64,000 nucleotides of DNA. Source: Bdellovibrionales bacterium (GTDB lineage: Bacteria > Bdellovibrionota > Bdellovibrionia > Bdellovibrionales > JAMPXM01). The DNA lies in NCBI GenBank assembly GCA_043739185.1, contig JAYUEN010000387.1, positions 15,297 through 79,296 on the forward strand, read 5' to 3'. This document shows, piece by piece, positions 47,068-55,770 of the stretch. Within the stretch, counting starts at the first letter, position 1. Each line of letters begins with the position of its first letter. The translations under genes and the position numbers were made by a program. A model generated the notes under the pieces. That model was not told the DNA's origin, made no database searches, and saw nothing but the letters and a program-made list of their open reading frames with translations.

Positions 47068-48306
47068 ATGCTCAGGATTTTTGCCATTCCAATTGTAATA
47101 TTAGTAGTGGGTTGCGCCGGCGGAGGTTCTTCGTCGTCTGTTACGAGTATCGACAAACCAAATATCCCAGGTAATAACGAAGGCACACCGCCGATTTCTC
47201 CCCAAACTTCTCGCGAAAAACCCGAGACTATCGAAAAGCCAAAAATTATTACTGAGATGGAGAATCTAGGATTCAGTGTAAGACTAGATGCTAAAGACAA
47301 AGATGGATCTCAGGCGGCCCAATTGATTGAGGCGGTGAAATCAGACTTGCTCAATCATCATGAGCTTTTTTCGAAAATTGGATTTAATGATTATTTCGAA
47401 TATGACCCAATTAAGTTAGAGCTTCATTTGTCTCACGATTTTGATTCGAACCGAATTGAAATGCGGACAATTCTTGAAATGAGCGAATTTGGCAAGGCCC
47501 TGGGAAATATCACAATTGCTACGCCTGCACTTTATCCGCATATGGCCTGGCCCAAATTGAAAGCCAAAATTGAGCCATACAAAGACAAAATTAAATCAAG
47601 AGCGAAATATATACGCCACATTGAAACCTTTAATATTTCAGATCAATATTACCCTATGACAAGACTTCTTGCCGTCAATGAAGAATGGGATTCATCCTAC
47701 CTTGAAACCGCCCTGAAAGAAGTTGACCAAAGTAAATTCTTTTTGGATCAGTTGCCAAATATTCGCTTGAATATCAATCGCGGCGCTATGAGTTTAAACT
47801 ACGATCAAAGCTATGAAAGTTTGCAATTGCTTACCCCATCGCTAAATTTATTGGGCCAGACTATGACAAAGTTTGAAATTGAGAGTCTCGGAATTGAAGA
47901 TTCAATTGGTCTCAACTGCAAATTTCACCTTAGTGAAGCGCGAAGAGAAGTGCGGATTTTTGCATTTACTAGTGAAAACATCAAAGACAATTCATGCTCA
48001 GTTTCAGAGTTGGTAAAGCGCATTGCCACCGACCTTGAAATTGAAAAGGAACTAAAGCTTAAAATCAGCGAAGAATATATGACTTCATCTTCGTCGATCA
48101 ATCTCGGGCCATCAGCTGAAGGCTTGAAAATAATCGAGTCCCTTAAGAAAATTTTGGCTGAACGAAAAGACAAATTCAAAGAGGTGCGAATTTCAGACCA
48201 CTTTCACAGCGAAGAAGTCTGTGAGCTAAAGCGCGACGTCTTAAGTATCACAAAGCATGCTTTTGATTTGGCTGCTACGAAAGCATGTATTCAAAAGCTT
48301 CAGTAG
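47068..48306 (+). CDS. Hypothetical lipoprotein
   Basis: Lipobox VVGC then a Gly/Ser/Pro linker; no family recognised. Confidence 0.7.
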   Translation: MLRIFAIPIVILVVGCAGGGSSSSVTSIDKPNIPGNNEGTPPISPQTSREKPETIEKPKIITEMENLGFSVRLDAKDKDGSQAAQLIEAVKSDLLNHHELFSKIGFNDYFEYDPIKLELHLSHDFDSNRIEMRTILEMSEFGKALGNITIATPALYPHMAWPKLKAKIEPYKDKIKSRAKYIRHIETFNISDQYYPMTRLLAVNEEWDSSYLETALKEVDQSKFFLDQLPNIRLNINRGAMSLNYDQSYESLQLLTPSLNLLGQTMTKFEIESLGIEDSIGLNCKFHLSEARREVRIFAFTSENIKDNSCSVSELVKRIATDLEIEKELKLKISEEYMTSSSSINLGPSAEGLKIIESLKKILAERKDKFKEVRISDHFHSEEVCELKRDVLSITKHAFDLAATKACIQKLQ

Positions 48307-48317
48307 GAAGAAGAAGT

Positions 48318-49277
48318 TTAATAATGTTTGGAAGTTTCGGAGCCAAACATAAATGAAAGTCCGGCCCCAACTTCAAAACCATTAACATTGCCGGCAATAT
48401 CCTGACTCTTACTATTTTGAATTGCGTTGTCACTTCCGCCCTCTTGAATGGCCCAAAACGGAATTCCGATATGATAAATTCCTTGAACATACCACGTGAA
48501 GGGGGATCTGGTGAAACCGCGCAGAGCAAGTCCCAAGCCAAAATCATAACCAACATTTCCATATTTTTTTGAGTCACTATTCGTTGAGATGGTATTCATA
48601 TAGCCTGCGGCAAAAAAAGGTAGAGCAAGTTGAACATTGCCCCAGCTCGTATAAGGGTCGATAAGGCTAAAGAAAATATTGGCAAATAATTCTTGGTGGC
48701 TCAGGCTGCCACCGCCTGAAACCGTATTGTAAACTAAGGTTTTGCCTGAAGAGTTGGGAATTTTGACAGAGTCGGTAAATGTACCTGTAGCTCGTTTGTA
48801 GCCAATGAATCCCTTTCCCCAGTGAAAGCCAACAGCAAAAGGAGCAGTTAAATTTCCGTTTACTTCAGCGACAAATGAAGGGCTATAGGTGAAACTTTTT
48901 TCAAGAAAGATTCCACTAGAGTTTGTGCCGTAAATATCTTGACCCTGGCGCTTGGCGCGGTCCTTTAACTCTAGCATTTTGGATTCAACAGCTAATGCAA
49001 CGCTTTGCGAAGGGGCTAATTTCAAATATTGATCGTAGGCCGAAACAGATTGGGAGAGGTGTTCGAGTCTTTCTTCAGTTAAGCCCAGCATAAACCAAGC
49101 CTCGGCGTCTTTAGGTTGCGCCTCAGTCGCGCTCTTGGCTTCGATATTGGCTTCGAGCCAACGTTTCTCCTTTGCCAACTTATAAGCTCTCAACGAAGAA
49201 CCCGGAGCTTGCGTCTGAGCAAAGGAATAAATTGGTATCAATAACGAAAATGCTAGGACGATGAGAGATTTTTTCAT
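48318..49277 (-). CDS. Secreted TPR plus probable outer-membrane beta-barrel protein
   Basis: Signal peptide; TPR AWFMLGL...AYDQYLKLAP; amphipathic strands ending VGAGLSFMF. Confidence 0.65.
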   Translation of the reverse strand: MKKSLIVLAFSLLIPIYSFAQTQAPGSSLRAYKLAKEKRWLEANIEAKSATEAQPKDAEAWFMLGLTEERLEHLSQSVSAYDQYLKLAPSQSVALAVESKMLELKDRAKRQGQDIYGTNSSGIFLEKSFTYSPSFVAEVNGNLTAPFAVGFHWGKGFIGYKRATGTFTDSVKIPNSSGKTLVYNTVSGGGSLSHQELFANIFFSLIDPYTSWGNVQLALPFFAAGYMNTISTNSDSKKYGNVGYDFGLGLALRGFTRSPFTWYVQGIYHIGIPFWAIQEGGSDNAIQNSKSQDIAGNVNGFEVGAGLSFMFGSETSKHY

Positions 49278-50137
49278 TTGCCACCGCCATTATTTTCAGG
49301 AAGTTTATATGAATACTGGCAGGCCGCATAACGTTTGCATTCAAAGTCTGCATTCGCCGGATAGCAATTGCAATCACACTCATTGAGTTTAGGAAAGCCC
49401 AAGGGACAACAAATCGGATCGCCGCCATAGGCACCTCCGCAAACCATCACATAACAACTGTGAAGATTTGGTTCGCCGCCTTTGCACAAGACTTTGCCGC
49501 GAAAATTTGTATTGGGTGTTTTAGATGAATTGTTCGGACCAGAAGGCGAGCTGGCAGAGGAGCTTGAATTGTTGAAGGCGGGTGAAACGCCATCAAGAAA
49601 GGCTAGTGACTTTTGATCTTGACCAGATTGATATGCTTCCTCCGCAAGACGCGCATGTTCAGCGGCTTCTTGAGCTCTTATTGCGCTTTGTCTCTGCGCT
49701 TCGGCTTGAGCCGCTTGCTGTTCAGGAGTAAGAGGAACGCTTGGTGCAAGAAGGGCGTTGCCAATGAGACCAAGTCCCACTAAACCAGCCGCATCACCCG
49801 GCGAAATTTTGCCGTTAATACCCGCAGAAATTGCATTCTGAATGTGTTGATCTAGCTCGTGGCCAGGCTCCGCTGATCCGGAACCACTGGCGCCAGGGGC
49901 GGTCCCACCTTCGTTAACGCAACTGTAGCGAGCGCATGCAAGAGGGGAGGAGGATTTAACACTTGCAATTCTCGCATTGCATTCAGATTCAGTGGCAAAA
50001 TTTCCCTCTCTTCCTGAAGTTTGAGAGATGTATTTGCGTGGACAAGAAGAAAAATCAGCAGTCGCAACCCAAGCGCCGAAAGCAGAAGGGGCTAAACAGA
50101 TAAGAGTTAAGAGAAAAAAAACGTGTGTTTTTGTCAT
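49274..50137 (-). CDS. Secreted Cys-rich hypothetical protein
   Basis: Signal peptide from ATG 50137; glycine-zipper segment; C-terminal domain with 10 Cys. Confidence 0.7.
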   Translation of the reverse strand: MTKTHVFFLLTLICLAPSAFGAWVATADFSSCPRKYISQTSGREGNFATESECNARIASVKSSSPLACARYSCVNEGGTAPGASGSGSAEPGHELDQHIQNAISAGINGKISPGDAAGLVGLGLIGNALLAPSVPLTPEQQAAQAEAQRQSAIRAQEAAEHARLAEEAYQSGQDQKSLAFLDGVSPAFNNSSSSASSPSGPNNSSKTPNTNFRGKVLCKGGEPNLHSCYVMVCGGAYGGDPICCPLGFPKLNECDCNCYPANADFECKRYAACQYSYKLPENNGGGK

Positions 50138-50308
50138 TGATTGCTCCGTAGACCTTGGGCTGGCAGATTTCAAAATGTGTAGAATCAGTTCAGCAATTGC
50201 CATTGGGATTGTCTAGCGATTTGCTCTTAAATCAATAAATTGGACTTTGGTAAACCTCGACTACAAATAGTCGGCAAGCGGCCAAGCCAGTTCTTGGCTG
50301 GCCCCTTT

Positions 50309-51628
50309 TCACAATATTGATTCGGCAAATTTCAAAGTCTTATTGACGACATCTGAAAATACAAAGTTAGACAATGGCGTCTTTTCATTGTTCCAGCTCA
50401 TGCTAAGGCAGGCTCTTTGGCCGCTCTTCGTTTCAAGCAAAAAGCTCATATTGAGAACTCCAGGTTCAGAGCCACCCTTGTAGCCGGCAAAGGCCCAGTG
50501 ACTGCTTTCTGTACCGACATTCTGAAGTAGAGGGACGTATTTAGAAAGAATCTTGCGCAAGTTAGGACTTTCTTGATTGCCTATCCATAAAATTGCGTTG
50601 CAGGTATCATCTGTCGTGCCAAACCACTCGAGTTTAGAAATCAGAGTGGGGAGATCAAAGGCGACGCCATTGCTTCCGACGAGATTACGGTCTACTTCAG
50701 AAAGGTCAGCGAGTATTTTGATTTTAGTTTTTTTGTCGCTGCTTAAATATTTTTCAGTTAAGATCGGATCGACTGCCCATTTTAATTTGAACATTTCAAG
50801 CGTCGACAAAAACGGATCATTTAATTCGGAGTGTTGATTTCCCATCATTGGCATCAAAGACTGCACAAAGTCTCTGCCTAAAAAATCAAGTAAATGATCA
50901 GCTGCCGTATTATCGCTAATTGAAATCATATTGGATGCAAATTCTTCGAGACTTAAGGTGGTGCCACTTGGCAAATCTTGCATTTTACCTGAGGGTAAAG
51001 ACTTAAGTTTTTCAGAAATGCTTAAGGTTTCAGTCCATGAATGTTTTTGGGCTGCAATCGCGGATTGCAATGCGCCCAATATATAAAGCTTAAATGTGGA
51101 TCCGATTGCAAATAATTGTTCATTAGAAAATTGCAGTTGAATCTTATGATCAGAAGTCTTTAGCGTTGCCGCCAACTTTCCGTTTGGATCCAAGCTTTGA
51201 AGCGCATGGCCGACATCTTCCCAACTGTGAATCGAAACGGCGGGATTATTGATGTTTAGCAATTGAAAGTAAGTAATTTGATTTGAAACGGCACCTTTTC
51301 TGAGGCTAAAAGAAACTTCAAATTTGAGATTTGTCTGAATATTTAAAATGAATTGCTCTGAAGTACTGCGACTTTCGACAGAAGAGTGAAGGCAACTCCC
51401 GACATTGTCTTTTATTTCAGAAAAAATATCCTGAAATTTGCTGTAAGGTATTTTTTCAATGAAACTCTTGTCGAAGTAAAAGGCATAATCTTTTTCTGAA
51501 AAATTCGCATCCGATTGCATAATTTTTTTACAAATAAAATCAAAATCATTCGGATTCTCATTGGCTTTCGCGCCGTTGAAGCTCACAGCTAATAGAAGCG
51601 TCATAACAGAAATATTGAATTTAAACAT
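50309..51628 (-). CDS. Secreted serine hydrolase, class A beta-lactamase/PBP-like (Cpe/LpqF-like architecture)
   Basis: GSTFK (SxxK), ISDN (SDN), YKGGS (KTG-like); extra N-terminal domain. Confidence 0.85.
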   Translation of the reverse strand: MFKFNISVMTLLLAVSFNGAKANENPNDFDFICKKIMQSDANFSEKDYAFYFDKSFIEKIPYSKFQDIFSEIKDNVGSCLHSSVESRSTSEQFILNIQTNLKFEVSFSLRKGAVSNQITYFQLLNINNPAVSIHSWEDVGHALQSLDPNGKLAATLKTSDHKIQLQFSNEQLFAIGSTFKLYILGALQSAIAAQKHSWTETLSISEKLKSLPSGKMQDLPSGTTLSLEEFASNMISISDNTAADHLLDFLGRDFVQSLMPMMGNQHSELNDPFLSTLEMFKLKWAVDPILTEKYLSSDKKTKIKILADLSEVDRNLVGSNGVAFDLPTLISKLEWFGTTDDTCNAILWIGNQESPNLRKILSKYVPLLQNVGTESSHWAFAGYKGGSEPGVLNMSFLLETKSGQRACLSMSWNNEKTPLSNFVFSDVVNKTLKFAESIL

Positions 51629-51741
51629 AGAGATCTCCTTTAGTGAGCTCTATGCTTAGCACGAAGAAATTTGAATTACAAATCAACGCTTTTCGGGCTA
51701 TGAAAACTGAATTAATGGTGTTTGCGTGACCTTTTAAAATA

Positions 51742-51769
51742 GAAAAAGGCGCATTTTCGGTGCGCCTTT
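51742..51769 (-). terminator. Rho-independent terminator of the Lys-rich gene
   Basis: aaaggcgca / tgcgccttt stem with a 7-nt loop; T tract on the minus strand. Confidence 0.75.
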
Positions 51770-51804
51770 AATAAAATAATTTCAAATGAAACTAAAGCTA
51801 TCTT

Positions 51805-52125
51805 TTAATATTTTGGTTTTTTCTTTTTTGACTTTTTCTTTTTTGATTTGCCTGACTTCGCGCTGGCAACTTTGCGATCTTTGGTTTTCTTTTTACCCTT
51901 ACTTTTAACGCTTGCTACTTTTCGCTTCTGAGTTTTCTTTTTCTTTTTAACGCTCGCAACATCCCGATCTTGTTTTTGTTTGGGATGTTTTTTGCGATTT
52001 GCAGCCACCATATATTGACTGGCTTTTTGGTAGCCCTCGCTACTTGCAAATGAAACCGAAGACTCAATCATAATGAGTGCTGGAACAATCAAAACTGCAA
52101 GCAAAAGTTGATTTAAAATTTTCAT
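51805..52125 (-). CDS. Secreted extremely Lys-rich protein with three R-[DK]-V-A-S repeats
   Basis: SD GGAGG; signal peptide ending SFA; tail RDVAS..RKVAS..RKVAS with poly-Lys runs. Confidence 0.75.
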   Translation of the reverse strand: MKILNQLLLAVLIVPALIMIESSVSFASSEGYQKASQYMVAANRKKHPKQKQDRDVASVKKKKKTQKRKVASVKSKGKKKTKDRKVASAKSGKSKKKKSKKKKPKY

Positions 52126-52200
52126 AGTGTCCCTCCGCTGCTAAACTCATCGGCGGGAGCCCAATTTATCTACACTAAAAGCGAGATTCTTTTGCTTCAT

Positions 52201-52264
52201 TCTCAAGATGAGGCAAGAATTTAAATTTTTTGAGGAAAAATAGGACGTTTGTCTCAGGGCGAGA
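52201..52264. promoter_or_regulatory. Two one-mismatch copies of the TCTCA-N3-TGAGA palindrome in a divergent intergenic region
   Basis: TCTCAAGATGAGG (52201-52213) and TCTCAGGGCGAGA (52252-52264). Confidence 0.4.
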
Positions 52265-52350
52265 GGCGCAATCGAAGTGGCTATGATGCGAAGCTGTCTT
52301 GCAATGAAGCACTCTAACAAGTAAGCTTTCACAAAAATAAGGAGAATAAA

Positions 52351-53382
52351 ATGTCTGAAAAATTAGATCCATCACAAATTATGCAAATGGGCATGGGATT
52401 TTTTGCTTCTAAAACTTTACTGAGTGCCGTTGAGCTTGGTCTTTTTAGTTTTCTTGCTGATCAACCCAAGACACGGTCAGAAATTGAATCTAAGCTTGAG
52501 CTCCATAAACGCGCAAGCACAGACTTTTTAGATGCCTTAGTCTCCCTCGGAATGTTAAAGCGGGAAGGCGATGGAGACAAGAGCAAGTATTCAAATACTG
52601 CAGAAACCAAATGCTTTCTTGATCGCAAAAGTCCAATGTATATTGGCGGAATGCTCGAAATGGCGAGTGCAAGACTTTATCGTCATTGGAGCGATCTGAC
52701 CGAAGGTCTCAGAACAGGTAAGCCTCAAAATGAAATTAAAAGTTCTAAAAACAATGAAGATTTGTTTGCTGCTCTTTATTCAAATCCCGCAAAGCTCGAA
52801 GGATTTCTTGCGGCAATGGCTGGGGTGCAAAAGGGCAATTTTATGATGCTCGCAGAGAAGTTTGATTTTACAAAGTATAAAACTCTTTGCGATCTGGGAG
52901 GAGCAGGGGCGGCCTTTTCAATAGCCGTCGCTAAAAAACATCCCAGTTTAAAAATTACAAGTTTCGATCTTGCAGAAGCTTTGCCAATAGCGACTCGAAA
53001 TATAAAAGAAGCTGAAGTTACGGAGCAAGTTACTCCCGTAGCGGGAGATTTTTTTAAAGATAGCATTCCAAAAGCTAGTGTTATAAGCATGGGGAATATC
53101 TTGCACGACTGGGGACTAGCTGAGAAAAAGGCTTTGATTAAAAAAGTTTATGATGCCCTACCAGTCGGCGGTTGTTTTATAGCGATTGAAAACATTATAG
53201 ATGATGAACGGCGAAAAAACACCTTTGGGCTATTGATGTCTTTAAATATGTTAATCGAAACCGAAAATGGTTTTGATTATACCGGTACTCAATTTCAATC
53301 TTGGTGCCAAGAAGCAGGATTCAAATCAATAGAGTTTATGCAATTGACAGGGCCGACGAGCGCAGCCATTGCATATAAATAA
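52351..53382 (+). CDS. SAM-dependent O-methyltransferase (COMT-like, with dimerisation domain)
   Basis: DLGGAGA, GDFF, ILHDW; N-terminal winged-helix dimerisation region. Confidence 0.92.
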   Translation: MSEKLDPSQIMQMGMGFFASKTLLSAVELGLFSFLADQPKTRSEIESKLELHKRASTDFLDALVSLGMLKREGDGDKSKYSNTAETKCFLDRKSPMYIGGMLEMASARLYRHWSDLTEGLRTGKPQNEIKSSKNNEDLFAALYSNPAKLEGFLAAMAGVQKGNFMMLAEKFDFTKYKTLCDLGGAGAAFSIAVAKKHPSLKITSFDLAEALPIATRNIKEAEVTEQVTPVAGDFFKDSIPKASVISMGNILHDWGLAEKKALIKKVYDALPVGGCFIAIENIIDDERRKNTFGLLMSLNMLIETENGFDYTGTQFQSWCQEAGFKSIEFMQLTGPTSAAIAYK

Positions 53383-53384
53383 AA

Positions 53385-53822
53385 GTGAAAATTCTTTTTG
53401 TTTGTCTCGGAAATATCTGCCGTTCACCAACGGCTGAAGCTATCTTTAGAAAGCGCTTTGAGGAACTCAAAATCAAAGCGCAGTTTGATTCAGCGGGCAC
53501 TTCACATTACCATATAGGTGAGAAATCGGATTCAAGATCGATCCGACATGCTGTGGCTCGAGGCTATACAATGTCTCATATTGCGAGGCAGGTCAGTGCA
53601 GAGGATTTTTACAAATTTGATTTGATCTTCGCAATGGACAATTCGAATTTTTTGAATCTAAAAAAACTTTGTCCCGACCCAAATTTGTTAAATAAGCTTC
53701 ATCTCATTTTAGAAATGAAAGATGTACCAGATCCCTATATTGGCGGGGCCGCGGGTTTTGAAAATGTTATTGATTTACTTGAGGCATCTGTTGATCGGGT
53801 GCTTAAAAAATTCTTTAGATAG
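53385..53822 (+). CDS. Low-molecular-weight protein-tyrosine phosphatase
   Basis: VCLGNICRS, DSAGT, VPDPY; GTG start. Confidence 0.93.
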   Translation: MKILFVCLGNICRSPTAEAIFRKRFEELKIKAQFDSAGTSHYHIGEKSDSRSIRHAVARGYTMSHIARQVSAEDFYKFDLIFAMDNSNFLNLKKLCPDPNLLNKLHLILEMKDVPDPYIGGAAGFENVIDLLEASVDRVLKKFFR

Positions 53823-53868
53823 ATTAGGCTTTCCAAATGGGGGCGGCACTTGATAGCCTAAAAAGAAT

Positions 53869-54468
53869 ATGAATTGGCCACTCTTTCTCTCTACTTTTAC
53901 GCTCATTTTTGTCTCAGAGCTTCCTGATAAAACCGCCTTTGCTGTCATTTTATTGGCAACGAGAGAAGGCGCCTCTAGAGTTTTTTGTGGTGTGGCACTT
54001 GCCTTTCTCATTCAAAGTATCGTGGCGGTTTTATTCGGTGGCCTGATCGGACGCTTGCCCGAGGCCTGGGTACACCTCGGAACGGGTCTCATGTTTTTTG
54101 GTTTCGCAATACATACGTATATACAGTTGGGAAAGTTAGGGCCCGAAGAAAAAGATGGAAGCCAACCCAATTCAAAATCTAAAGCCTTCTGGCCTTCTGT
54201 TTGGCGCTCCTTTTTACTTATCTTCATTGCCGAGTGGGGTGATCTCACCCAAATTGCAACGGCCTCTTTAGCCGCGAAATATCATGAAGAAATTGCCACG
54301 ATCTTAATTTCATCGACGCTTGCCTTGTGGCTGGTTACAGCAATTGCCATATTGGTTGGACAGAAATTGCAGCACTTAATTGATATTGAGAAATTGAAAA
54401 AATTTACAATCTTGGTATTCTTAGCCTTCGGAGTATATTTTATAAAGTCTTGGCTTGAGTCAAAATAA
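53869..54468 (+). CDS. TMEM165/GDT1-family cation exchanger
   Basis: Twin motifs ELPDKT and EWGDLTQ. Confidence 0.9.
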   Translation: MNWPLFLSTFTLIFVSELPDKTAFAVILLATREGASRVFCGVALAFLIQSIVAVLFGGLIGRLPEAWVHLGTGLMFFGFAIHTYIQLGKLGPEEKDGSQPNSKSKAFWPSVWRSFLLIFIAEWGDLTQIATASLAAKYHEEIATILISSTLALWLVTAIAILVGQKLQHLIDIEKLKKFTILVFLAFGVYFIKSWLESK

Positions 54469-55405
54469 ATTCTTCAAGTTTATTAAATGAACCAGTCCAG
54501 CCTTGAGTCATTCCAGCTCGTGCAAGAACAAAAGTATCAAGTTCTTCTTTCTTAACCTGGCCGTGCGCTTCCCAAATGATTTTAACTCGCGTTTGTTGAG
54601 GACCTTCCTCCGCCAAAATAATTGAAGTGCGCATGGTTTCTGGCCAAGTTGCTGACATGGGATGCCGAATGGTCTTTTCATTTTCATCACAAAATTGCTG
54701 AAGATAAACAATACGATTTGGTTTTACGACTTCTAAATATTCGGCCCGACCAAACATTTTAATATTTGAATCATTATACATTTCATAAAAAATGCTTCCG
54801 CCTGGTTTTATTTCCGAGCGTAAAAATTTCATCTTAAATCCAGTGGGAGGTAACCAAGCGGCCAATTTCTCGGGGTCGGTCCACAACTCAAACATCAAAT
54901 CAATTGAAACGGGGAAGCTGCGGTTGATGACAAACTCCTCTTTTCCCGAGGCTTCCTTTGATAAAAATTCGGACAATCGATCCCATGTCGAATCTCCGCT
55001 GGCACTTTTGATAAATTTTCGAGTTTCTTCAGCGGCCTCTGGAGTCGGGAGAATCAAAGCCATCTCCATTTTGCTTTTACCTTTAAGGTCTGAAAAATGA
55101 ACCTGCACTCTAAACATAGGCGGTTGATCAGCGCTGGCGCCGTGGTCGTAAACAAGATGCGAATATTTTTCGACTTCAAGATAATGAGTTATATTCGGAT
55201 AATTGATTCCGTCTGGACCGTGCATTGTGTAGTTCCAGTGCCCACCACTCTTAAAGTCTTTGTTGTGTGTGGTAAGGCTAAAGCCACGCGGGCCCCACCA
55301 CTTCGAAATTTTATCACTATTTGCCCAGGCATCCCAAAGCATCGGGAGGGGAGCATCGTAAACTCGAATAAGTTTTATTTCATTTGATTTTGGCATTGCT
55401 CCCAT
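54440..55405 (-). CDS. Tandem SRPBCC (AHSA1/START-like) domain protein
   Basis: Two repeats with WWGPRGF / WLPPTGF and GGHWNYTMHGPDG. Confidence 0.88.
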   Translation of the reverse strand: MGAMPKSNEIKLIRVYDAPLPMLWDAWANSDKISKWWGPRGFSLTTHNKDFKSGGHWNYTMHGPDGINYPNITHYLEVEKYSHLVYDHGASADQPPMFRVQVHFSDLKGKSKMEMALILPTPEAAEETRKFIKSASGDSTWDRLSEFLSKEASGKEEFVINRSFPVSIDLMFELWTDPEKLAAWLPPTGFKMKFLRSEIKPGGSIFYEMYNDSNIKMFGRAEYLEVVKPNRIVYLQQFCDENEKTIRHPMSATWPETMRTSIILAEEGPQQTRVKIIWEAHGQVKKEELDTFVLARAGMTQGWTGSFNKLEEFILTQAKTL

Positions 55406-55422
55406 ATTTCAATTACTTTCTT

Positions 55423-55641
55423 TTATTGATTGCTATATTGACCTGGGAAAGCTGCATTTTCTAACTCGAGTGCGGTGGCATGTTTGCCGGACTCATTGAG
55501 ATCGATACATTTATTCGCAAGTTTGATCAGCTTATGATAGCAAAACGGATATTTTTCAATCATGGCTTCATCTAGTTTTGGTTTGCTGGCGCATGCACTT
55601 AAAATCATGGGCAATGAACATAATAAAATAATAGTTTTCAT
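55423..55641 (-). CDS. Small hypothetical lipoprotein
   Basis: Lipobox LSAC; SD GGAGG before ATG 55641. Confidence 0.65.
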   Translation of the reverse strand: MKTIILLCSLPMILSACASKPKLDEAMIEKYPFCYHKLIKLANKCIDLNESGKHATALELENAAFPGQYSNQ

Positions 55642-55770
55642 TTTTACCTCCGTAAAAGTTTGAGTCATAATTCTAAGCGAAGGGATTCATATTAAACAAG
55701 CTTTATGCCCTTGCAAAAATGCATTCAATTAGATGTTGCTATGGCGTGCCAAGGTCTTTTTGCTGGCGAT

